From a virus (Duplodnaviria; Caudoviricetes): 64,000 bases of DNA. The position numbers were made by a program, and so were the translations under genes. The notes under the pieces are model-generated. The model was not told the origin of the DNA, searched no databases, and saw only the letters and a list, made by a program, of their open reading frames with translations. Shown piece after piece: positions 31,058 to 39,836 of this stretch. The first letter of the stretch is position 1, and every line of letters starts with the position of its first letter. The stretch covers positions 32,001 through 96,000 of IMG/VR virus record IMGVR_UViG_3300025267_000006, one strand, 5' to 3'.

Positions 31058-34000
31058 CTAATTATAGGAATAAGATTCCAAGTAGGAATCTATGGAATAT
31101 ATTATTGGAGAATAATTCCCATAGCTAATCAACTGCTTATCTATAAGATCATCAGCCATGTCCAGCATTTCCCAAAGATACTGAGTATCCTTACTCAGCT
31201 TAATAGCTCCTCCAGCTATAGCTGCAGTTAGAATTGGATCAGTAGACATCTTCTGAGCGGCTTTGATCGCCCTAGGAACATACTTACTGCCCATCTCGCT
31301 CTCTGCGTTGGCTGGGTGCTGATAGTCTCCTATAGCTGGATCCACAGTCCTCAGCATCTCATGGTCTACGTACTCTTTTACCTCTTTTTCTCCCCAACCT
31401 TCATCCGCTAACATTTTTTCGGCTGCGCCCACATCAATAAGAGGCAATTCATGTATTTCTGCTTCTATCCTCTCCTCAGACCCTTCTGCAAATTGAGGAA
31501 GTTCAGGACTTGGTACAGGTGCTCCTTCTGGTTGCCTATTAACCAATCGTCGCCATCCTTGATTCCTAGAAGGTGCATCAGGAGCCGGATTGTCTTTTAT
31601 GTCTTGAATATTCTTACGCACACCCTTCATGCTGGCACTTAGTGCACGTTTACTCTCGGATGCCTGACCCATAGCCCTTTTAGCATCTGATACCTGCTTC
31701 GTTCTTTTTACCTTTAACTTACTTTGCTCAGATTTTAGAGTTTCCAACTCTTTTTTATCTATGTCGTCACCCGCATTCACGGCATCTTCTAGAGTCTTTA
31801 TTTCACCCGTGACAGACTCAAAATCACTCTGAGTTCTTGTGAGATTACTCATCTTACGTCGTGCAGTCCTATTGGCTGCTCTAGATGCATTAGCTGTTTC
31901 AGTAAGATCCTCAGCAATATCTAAGAATCCCTTAACCTGATCGTCACTCATCCTGACATCGCCATTCGCTGCTTGAGTAGCAAATTTATCTACATTACCA
32001 ACTAACCTACTGTACTGAGCAGCTACTTTGCCCCCTTGATCAGCTAGACGTTCAGCCCTATCTATAGCACTTTGAACATTCTTAGGTACACCAGAGGGAG
32101 CTTCGGGCGTTGGAGTAGGCTCATCAGATGGAGGTGCCTCTGGAGTAGGCGTAGGCTCCTCAGAAGGCTCTGTCTCAGGAGATGCTGGACCACCCTCTCT
32201 TCTTTTGTCTCTCTCTGCTACTATTTCATCTTCCCGTTTCTGTTGTTCGTCCTCTCCATCAAACCCAGGCAATCTAGCCTGTACAGCTTCACCTTCAGCG
32301 GGACTGGGAGCAGGTTCTTCAGCAGCCTCTCCATTAAATCCAGGCAATCTAGGCTGTTCACCTTCCTTAGCCTCAGCTACACCCTCTTCAATTACCTTAC
32401 GAGCTTCATCTTCGGATCCAGTATCTCCAGGTTTGAGGACCCCCTGATCTTTTAAGTCCTGAATAAAATCATCAATGTCGGATTCTGAGATTTTACCCAG
32501 TCCGCCAGCCAAAGGATCTGGAGCAGCCTCTACTCCCGCCTTTACTTGCTCAGCCCTTGCTTTTCTAGCTTCTGGAGACTTTTCACCCTCTGGGCCAAGC
32601 TGATCTGCTTGCCCCTGAGCTTTCTGACGACGAGCCATGCGCCTGATGTTGGCTTCGGTCTTGGAATAGAACCGTGATCGCTGACCCTGGGCACCCGGCT
32701 CCCCGAAATGAACTTGAACTCCTTCAGGAGGTTGCTGACCGGGCTTGGTTAAGTATTCTCTGTCCCCAGAATCTATATTAGAACCTTTTGGAAGATTCGT
32801 TATAGCTTTATCGGGGTCTTTTAGAGCTTCTCTGAGGCCAGCCTCTTCTCCTGCGGCTCCACCAGCCTCTTTATATGCCTCTGCAGCCGCCGCACCCTCT
32901 TCACCTGGCCCCTTAAACCTAGACTCTTCAGCCCCTTTACCTTGGGACCAAGCTTCACCCCGTTGTTCAACTTTCTGGCTCCACAGTCCGCCCTTCAAAT
33001 TTTTAGAAGTCTGCTCAAACATAGACTTCCCACTGCCCTTTTCACCAGACTTAGTGGCAGCATCAGGGAAATCTTTTGACGGGGGCATAACTCCTCTGGT
33101 TCGCCCCTGTCCTAAAGCTTCCACATGATCAGTAACAGCCTCAAATGAAGATCCAATTTCTTTAGCTTTACGATCTACTTCAGCTATTGAAGCCCCGTAA
33201 TCAGCGGTAGCTTTTTCAAAAGCTGCCTCATCTCCATCAGCTTCATAGGCTGTAGCAGCTTTATTGAAATTAACGTCAGCATTAGCTTTATCTGTGGCTA
33301 AATCACCCCTCTTTTTCCAGTACTCCTGAGGAGATCTTTTATAAATATCACTTGTGGGAGCTTTTTGAGAGTCTAATCCTGCCTTAAACCCTGAGCTTAA
33401 TGCCTCTCCAGTAACTTTTAGACCAGTAGCCGCACTGGTCATCTTAGCTTTTATGTCTCGTGCTTTATTGCCTATTTTGCCCGCAAATACCCCAGCCGCC
33501 TGACCAACGGTTTCAGCAACCTCCTCTTTTCCTGGGATTGCCTCTTTTATTTCCTTCGCTTTTGCTTTTACCCCCTCAACAGCTTCTCCGGCCTTTTCCC
33601 TGCCTGTAGCAACTGCGCCCCCGACTACATCAGCTTTCCTACCTATGGCTTCTTTCGCTTCTCCTACCTTTTCCCCAGCCTCTCGCTTCAACCCCCTTCT
33701 GATGGATTCCGGCCCTTGTCCCTTTCTTCCGATAAGTCCTTGGGCTATGTCGCCAAAGGCACCGACGAGAACTCTCTGAGCAAGAGAAGGATCACCGCCC
33801 TCATCCCAATCCGGCTTCCCTATGCCCTCTTCAGGCGCAGAGAACTTATGAGTCTTCTCTTTAGGAGATTTCTTGGGTTTATCGGGTTTTTTTGCATCTG
33901 GGCCAAAGCCCCATTTACGTCCGAACTCTTTTTGCTTAAATATAAAACCACTGGGAATTTCCTTGAATATAAGCTCATCTTCTTCAGCTAGAAGCCCGCA

Positions 34001-34162
34001 CTGTATAAGTTCTAGCTGAAACAATTCCTGATAGCTCTCGTATACACGACCTCCCTCAGTAACAAAAGGAAGATCGTATTTTTGGACGAGAGATAGCTGA
34101 ATTCCTTCAATATCTTGAAGGAAATCTAAATCATAAGGTTTATTTTGTATGTCCAGTACCAT
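31058..34162 (-). CDS. large low-complexity Ala/Gly/Glu/Lys-rich putative internal head protein
   Basis: directly downstream of the portal; coiled-coil and disordered composition. Confidence 0.6.
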   Translation of the reverse strand: MVLDIQNKPYDLDFLQDIEGIQLSLVQKYDLPFVTEGGRVYESYQELFQLELIQCGLLAEEDELIFKEIPSGFIFKQKEFGRKWGFGPDAKKPDKPKKSPKEKTHKFSAPEEGIGKPDWDEGGDPSLAQRVLVGAFGDIAQGLIGRKGQGPESIRRGLKREAGEKVGEAKEAIGRKADVVGGAVATGREKAGEAVEGVKAKAKEIKEAIPGKEEVAETVGQAAGVFAGKIGNKARDIKAKMTSAATGLKVTGEALSSGFKAGLDSQKAPTSDIYKRSPQEYWKKRGDLATDKANADVNFNKAATAYEADGDEAAFEKATADYGASIAEVDRKAKEIGSSFEAVTDHVEALGQGRTRGVMPPSKDFPDAATKSGEKGSGKSMFEQTSKNLKGGLWSQKVEQRGEAWSQGKGAEESRFKGPGEEGAAAAEAYKEAGGAAGEEAGLREALKDPDKAITNLPKGSNIDSGDREYLTKPGQQPPEGVQVHFGEPGAQGQRSRFYSKTEANIRRMARRQKAQGQADQLGPEGEKSPEARKARAEQVKAGVEAAPDPLAGGLGKISESDIDDFIQDLKDQGVLKPGDTGSEDEARKVIEEGVAEAKEGEQPRLPGFNGEAAEEPAPSPAEGEAVQARLPGFDGEDEQQKREDEIVAERDKRREGGPASPETEPSEEPTPTPEAPPSDEPTPTPEAPSGVPKNVQSAIDRAERLADQGGKVAAQYSRLVGNVDKFATQAANGDVRMSDDQVKGFLDIAEDLTETANASRAANRTARRKMSNLTRTQSDFESVTGEIKTLEDAVNAGDDIDKKELETLKSEQSKLKVKRTKQVSDAKRAMGQASESKRALSASMKGVRKNIQDIKDNPAPDAPSRNQGWRRLVNRQPEGAPVPSPELPQFAEGSEERIEAEIHELPLIDVGAAEKMLADEGWGEKEVKEYVDHEMLRTVDPAIGDYQHPANAESEMGSKYVPRAIKAAQKMSTDPILTAAIAGGAIKLSKDTQYLWEMLDMADDLIDKQLISYGNYSPIIYSIDSYLESYSYN

Positions 34163-35998
34163 TTACTCTTCTTCCGCCTCTTCCTCTTCATCTGACCACT
34201 TTTCAGTAGCAGACTCATCAAGAAGACCACCTTCCAAAGGACCCGGAGGTGGTGGAGGGGGAGGACCAAGTGGAGGGGCCGCTCCTCCAGCTTCCATACC
34301 AGGCATGGGCGGTGCTCCAGCCATAGCCGCCATTGGATCTCCACCTGGCGGAGCCGCCGCCTTCTTATATGTAAATCGTATGTCCTTGCCAGTATCCTTC
34401 TGAGGCTCAAATCCAAGTTGCTGCATCTGAGTAGCAATCTCTATGCGCTGCTTCTCCATAGCAAGGTTAATATCTTCAGTCTCTTCTCTTGGAGGTGCCA
34501 ATCCTATAGTCCAATCGTCAACACCTAATTGTTTTAACAAGTTAGGCATTATCGTATCGTTGAATATACTCTGATACGACTCAATCAAAGCATCATGCAT
34601 AGAAGTTTGAGCCGATTCTTTTGCTAAACCTCCACCAGCACTCTGAGCATCTCCAGTGAATAGAGGTGTTACCCCCCACAGCATAGCTATACGCTCTCGT
34701 ATTTCCTGACGAACTGGAAGATAGTCCAATTCCTGGAACGTATACGCCAACTTAACAAAGTCAGTCTTACCACGGTTATTCCGTGCTGAAGCCGCAACCC
34801 ATGGGAATGTGTTGGGATCGTTCAACATTTGAGTTTTGATTCTCTCTATTTCAACTTCGAGAGAATCTGGATCATCCGTATACGTAATTATCAATCCCGG
34901 TGGGATACGCCTTTCATACCAATACCTATATAGAGTCCTGTCGGCCCCAACCAGAGACAAAACTTTTTCAAATACTGTTAATACTGGGGAATATCCATAA
35001 GTTTTAGAGGGGCTGAAGAATGAAGCATGTAATATCTCATCCTTGGTGTAATACCTATACCTGCCTCTCCAATAGTATCTATACATAGCTGGCAACAATA
35101 TGCCATTGCAGAGGAATCCCTCATCGTTAATAGCTACGCATTGACCGGGACTGGTATGTGTTTGCTGCTCACGGTGTATTGGACAGATAAAATGAGATCT
35201 TTCAGGAAGCCCATCTTTTCTATCTATGTCATATTCAGTCAGAGCAGGATGCAATCGAGTAATCTCAAATATTCTCTGACTCTCTACCTCCCCAGTCGCC
35301 CTATCTAGAATGTATTCCTTGTTAAGAAGTAAGAATCCGTCATCCGCTATCAAGACATCCTGTATAAATTCTATGAACACCGACTGCATTGTTTGATGGA
35401 AACTATTTGCATCTGTTTTCAGATCATCAAAAATCTTCTGCTGTGCCATATCGGGCACTCTCATTGGAGCCGTAACTCTCTTACCGTTCTCATCTCTCTT
35501 ATATTTTTTATAATTCTTAGTGGTATAACTACCAGTTTTTTCGTCTATAACAACTTGCTCTTGTATTTCATACAAGAAGCACTTATCACAATTTTCTTGG
35601 TCTTCGTCGGTAGATTCATTGCCACATTGAACACATTTACGTGCAAATTTCTGTACCCAGTTACTAAATCCCCGCCTAAACACTTCTCTTTGAATACTAA
35701 GTACAACAGAACGTATCTCAGTAACCTGGAAAGCAAGAACGAACAGGTCCTGAAGAATAGATCTGCGATAAATAAACTGTTGGCGTACCCAATCTTGGAT
35801 TATTGCGTCTAATCCAAGAGGAGACATACGCCCAGAAGACGCTGATCCTTGAGCGGCCTCTGCAGACTTAGTTAGCGCATCTAGTGTGCCTAACACGCCC
35901 TGCATTTTGTTGTAATTCTCGACCCCAGGAACGGGTTCAGAACCGTTTCTGCCGTTCTGGTTAGAGAATATATTTGCCAGATTGTCTATTATGCCCAT
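34163..35998 (-). CDS. portal protein
   Basis: follows terL; D.L..DDGF, EILH, YGYSP, PPGLI, IA..WGVTP pattern; Pro/Gly-rich acidic tail. Confidence 0.85.
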   Translation of the reverse strand: MGIIDNLANIFSNQNGRNGSEPVPGVENYNKMQGVLGTLDALTKSAEAAQGSASSGRMSPLGLDAIIQDWVRQQFIYRRSILQDLFVLAFQVTEIRSVVLSIQREVFRRGFSNWVQKFARKCVQCGNESTDEDQENCDKCFLYEIQEQVVIDEKTGSYTTKNYKKYKRDENGKRVTAPMRVPDMAQQKIFDDLKTDANSFHQTMQSVFIEFIQDVLIADDGFLLLNKEYILDRATGEVESQRIFEITRLHPALTEYDIDRKDGLPERSHFICPIHREQQTHTSPGQCVAINDEGFLCNGILLPAMYRYYWRGRYRYYTKDEILHASFFSPSKTYGYSPVLTVFEKVLSLVGADRTLYRYWYERRIPPGLIITYTDDPDSLEVEIERIKTQMLNDPNTFPWVAASARNNRGKTDFVKLAYTFQELDYLPVRQEIRERIAMLWGVTPLFTGDAQSAGGGLAKESAQTSMHDALIESYQSIFNDTIMPNLLKQLGVDDWTIGLAPPREETEDINLAMEKQRIEIATQMQQLGFEPQKDTGKDIRFTYKKAAAPPGGDPMAAMAGAPPMPGMEAGGAAPPLGPPPPPPPGPLEGGLLDESATEKWSDEEEEAEEE

Positions 35999-37998
35999 TA
36001 ACCACTATACCCGGCTAATTGCTGCATCAAAAATTCGTCCGATTCCCGCACCGTAACCCATTTTGACTTTGAATTGGAAGAATGCTTCATACGCTTCTTT
36101 TTAACTCCACATATTATACATGCCATGTATACGGCTTGAGTAGCCTCAAAGCATCTAGATCCAAACCCATCTTCAAACTCTATGCCCCCCACACGTTGGC
36201 AGCTATCACATATATCCTTGCTACTACTGACTATACGAGAAGCTATCTCATCCCTCTTGAATCCATTTTGGGGATTATTTAGATTCTCCAACACAGGATT
36301 CTTTTTGGCGTTTGAAGCAGGATCCGCATCTACTACAGTATGAGGGGAACTAAACAAGGTGTTTAAGTTACCCACGCTGCCCATACGTGTGAGTACTCCC
36401 TTCTCCTTCAGTACCCCGTGTACTGCACCTGCCACAGCATCAGCCCTATCTTTCTTCATTCCGGGTCTGGCATCAACCCGCTCACCATACACTATATCCA
36501 GACCTAGAAGCTCTTCTATTGCCTCTGGATGAAAATATGCGTCCAGTTTCTCCTGATAAATTAGATCTTTTAGGGTATCGTAAGCTTCTTTTGTTCTAGT
36601 TACAGACTTATATTTGGCTGGAACCCCCCTATTTTGAAGAGTTTGAAGCGAATTTATAGATTGATACTTATCATAGGTGACACTTGCAAGCTTAATTCCA
36701 TTATCACGTAGATTTAAAAGAAAATTCTCTATGCTTCTAAAATCTACATCTTTATCTGGTTGCGGTTCCCATGTCTTAATTAAATCAAGAAATACCGAAT
36801 CTTCATTTTTATCTTTATGGGCTATAGCTAATGCAGCATTAGAATGTCTTAGTCCAAGATCCACATGGACATAATAATAAACACCTTCTTTTAGATCAGT
36901 CTCATCTCTGATATTTTTCATACCAGAATGAAATAGATCTCCCTTCTCGTCTATATCTGCATCAAAACATCTAAGGACCGGTATGGGATCACGTATGAAA
37001 GCATCACGAGCATAAGGGGGATCACATTCGAATCTAGCTTTGGCTAGAATAGGATCAGTATCATAAAAATCTTTGAAATCCTCTTTTTTCTTAGATGGAT
37101 TGAAATCCCAGGTGGAGAAAGCACTCCCATCGGGGTTACATGCAACATAAGTACGTTCTTCTAATTTGCCCGCCTCAAATCGTCGTTGAATAAAAGATCC
37201 CTTAAAACGGGGCCATGAGAGGGATACAACCCTTCCAACCCCAGGGAAACGTGACTGTATAAGTGATTTAGCGGTTTTATATATTCCTTCAGCACCCTCA
37301 CTTCTTAAACCACTACTCTTACGTAACTCCTGTTCAGATTTGAAAGCATCTATCTCGTCTAGGAGGATCAGTATGGGTGTATATCCCTGCCAAGATTCAT
37401 TTTCAGAGTTACCGCTTATAAGACGTATATTTTTTGGGAAATTGATTAACGTCTGAGTCGCACTGTAAGAAATACGATTTGGATTATCAGCACCGAATAA
37501 TGGAGAATTTTTAAGCACATTAATCAATGTTTGAAAGTAAATATTTCTAGCTAAGTCTGCATTAGGAGCAACATTTATAGCATCAATGAAGCTATTACGC
37601 TCCATATTGAAATATTTTTGAGGGCTTTTAAGACAATTTAAAAGATAAACAATTCTCAATCCCACAAAAATAGAGCAGGTGTCTTTTCCAGACCCCTGCC
37701 CCGCCATGAGGACTCCCTCTGTGACAGGAGTCTCTGAGAAAATATTGGAAAGAGTATCAACGAATTTAAGTTGTGGAGGAGATAATCTAATAGAGAGATT
37801 TAAATTATCTTCACCATATAAAAATTCTTTTATGTCTACTGGGGATCTCTCCCAAACACCAAAAGTATCCTCAGTTACGTCTTCATTAGGATCTTTAGAC
37901 GTTAACTCGGATATATAATCAGCTAGGAACTGCCCGCTGGTTGTAAAGTTTACCGAGGGCGACGAGCTTTTCCCCGATCCGTTGGAGGGTGATAACAT
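35998..37998 (-). CDS. terL: terminase large subunit
   Basis: Walker A GQGSGKD, Walker B ILLDE, RNase-H-like HVDLG, YDKYQS, D.ADAVAG. Confidence 0.9.
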   Translation of the reverse strand: MLSPSNGSGKSSSPSVNFTTSGQFLADYISELTSKDPNEDVTEDTFGVWERSPVDIKEFLYGEDNLNLSIRLSPPQLKFVDTLSNIFSETPVTEGVLMAGQGSGKDTCSIFVGLRIVYLLNCLKSPQKYFNMERNSFIDAINVAPNADLARNIYFQTLINVLKNSPLFGADNPNRISYSATQTLINFPKNIRLISGNSENESWQGYTPILILLDEIDAFKSEQELRKSSGLRSEGAEGIYKTAKSLIQSRFPGVGRVVSLSWPRFKGSFIQRRFEAGKLEERTYVACNPDGSAFSTWDFNPSKKKEDFKDFYDTDPILAKARFECDPPYARDAFIRDPIPVLRCFDADIDEKGDLFHSGMKNIRDETDLKEGVYYYVHVDLGLRHSNAALAIAHKDKNEDSVFLDLIKTWEPQPDKDVDFRSIENFLLNLRDNGIKLASVTYDKYQSINSLQTLQNRGVPAKYKSVTRTKEAYDTLKDLIYQEKLDAYFHPEAIEELLGLDIVYGERVDARPGMKKDRADAVAGAVHGVLKEKGVLTRMGSVGNLNTLFSSPHTVVDADPASNAKKNPVLENLNNPQNGFKRDEIASRIVSSSKDICDSCQRVGGIEFEDGFGSRCFEATQAVYMACIICGVKKKRMKHSSNSKSKWVTVRESDEFLMQQLAGYSG

Positions 37999-38458
37999 CA
38001 GTTACCTCATCCCTAATTATCTTGGCTACATCTACTAAAAATTCATTAGTTAATTCGGAACCTCTTAATTCAACCTGTCCTTTTAACCCAGCAACAAGCG
38101 AATCTACTGCTTGTTTTTTATCCCTAAATCTTAATTCATCATTCAACACACCATCTTCGCCAGCCAGAGCTATCAATTTATAGCCCTGCATCAACTGACG
38201 TTTAGATTCTGTCAGAGTGGAGATAGAATCTTCAAAAACCTCCAACTCTGCACTTGTGTTGATCTGCTTTTTAAAGTCAGCCCAACTGTACCGATACCTC
38301 CAAGATTTCAGAGTATCTATCGGTACGTCTAATTGCTTATTAATAACGTCTATTGAGGTTCCTTGTCCAAAGAGGTCTTTGGCTTGTTGACGGATTTCTT
38401 TGGGCCACGCTGAGGAGCCTCTTGTTTTACTTTTATCTTCTTTATCTCTTTTTCCCAT
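37919..38458 (-). CDS. putative terminase small subunit
   Basis: N-terminal HTH (INKQLDVPIDTLKSWR..YSW), directly upstream of terL. Confidence 0.65.
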   Translation of the reverse strand: MGKRDKEDKSKTRGSSAWPKEIRQQAKDLFGQGTSIDVINKQLDVPIDTLKSWRYRYSWADFKKQINTSAELEVFEDSISTLTESKRQLMQGYKLIALAGEDGVLNDELRFRDKKQAVDSLVAGLKGQVELRGSELTNEFLVDVAKIIRDEVTDVITLQRIGEKLVALGKLYNQRAVPS

Positions 38459-39478
38459 TGGCCTAAAACCTTCTGTGCGTACTTAGCATCTATTGTTGGT
38501 TCCTTACCCACATATTTACCTTCTAGAGCAGGTATCCAACTCTGCAACATAGCAACGAATTCTCTAAAATCATGAATATCATTAAATCCTATTACGGGAG
38601 CAGGACAAAGCAAAGAAACTTTACCCCTAATAGGATCTATCATCACACTAAAGTCTTCGAAATCTGATTCATTATGTAGTGACATTAGAACTTCCTTGGA
38701 CCACTAGTTACCCCACTGGAAGAAGGAACGTCTGGAGCATTTGATTGATACCCATACCCACCTTCAGCTATACGTCTCCAATCAAAATGACCAATATGCC
38801 TTCTATCAGAAAAGGTCAGGCACATAGGAACTAAATTATTTCCATTATATCCATTAAATATTTTTTTATCTTCTATATAAATATCCTTCTTATCGCACCC
38901 ATCCGACAAAGTGTTATATAAGCAACCACTTTCTGTGCAAACTATACCTGATGATTCTTCATTTGTGGAATTGTAGCTAGCACACTTATGAACTTTTTGC
39001 TTTATACCAGAAGATGAATTAGCTTTAGAAGATATAATTTCTATTCCAGAACGAGAGCAACTCCCCCTAAATTCTTCCTCAGAGGGAACTAAAGGCGTAT
39101 ATCCAATCGGTCTCTCACGCTGAACTGGCGTATCCAATGCTTTCCAATTGGAACATTCCAGAACTTTACAATAAATCAACCTGTACGTACCCTTCTTTCC
39201 TTAGCAGTTTTGATCATCTTAAAGGCCCATTGATCAAACCATTTATATTGTTCATCTTTAGTAGCGTATTCACTTAGCTGTCTAAAGATGTCTACAGCTA
39301 CAGGCTCAATATGAATATCATCAATATAACCACGACCCCTCAAAAAACTAATTATTGAAAGTCGGGTAATAGAAGAGAAAACTATGGGCGTAGGATATTC
39401 CATCACGTCAAAAGTCTCTTTGACGTGATCCAAAATAACTTCTTTCTCAGAGGCTTCGAGTGCAAACAAAATAGGCAT
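38350..39478 (-). CDS. three hypothetical genes (38350-38685; 38685-39179 Cys-rich; 39176-39478)
   Basis: coupled ORFs; AGGAGG RBS before 39478. Confidence 0.55.
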
Positions 39479-39509
39479 AGCTCCTCCTATCTACCGGAAC
39501 TATGCCTAC

Positions 39510-39538
39510 ACTATAACGCAGAGATTTGTATGTAGCAA
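39510..39538 (-). promoter_or_regulatory. promoter TTGCTA-N17-TATAGT
   Basis: intergenic, upstream of the run leading to terminase. Confidence 0.55.
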
Positions 39539-39546
39539 GTTTTTTA

Positions 39547-39789
39547 CTACTTATCAGATTCCCTTTCACTCTTTCTCTCAGCTAGAAGCCTCTCAGTTTG
39601 TAATTTCATCCACTCTTCATCATCCATCATAAGCTCTTTTATCCAATCTGAGACTGGCTCATCTTCATCATCCATCTCATATGGATCCTCAATATCAAAC
39701 TGATTCTCCAACATCTGATCAGTCTTGAATTCAGAATACTCACGAGTACTTAGGAATTCTTCATATGCACTGAAATCTGATTTATTCAT
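39547..39789 (-). CDS. very acidic 80-aa protein
   Basis: D/E-rich; GGAG RBS; own promoter. Confidence 0.65.
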   Translation of the reverse strand: MNKSDFSAYEEFLSTREYSEFKTDQMLENQFDIEDPYEMDDEDEPVSDWIKELMMDDEEWMKLQTERLLAERKSERESDK

Positions 39790-39805
39790 TTAATATCTCC
39801 ACAGT

Positions 39806-39834
39806 AGTATACCAAAATTAAGGAAAAAAAGCAA
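39806..39834 (-). promoter_or_regulatory. promoter TTGCTT-N17-TATACT (extended TGG -10)
   Basis: intergenic, immediately after the 1367-aa gene stop. Confidence 0.6.
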
Positions 39835-39836
39835 AT

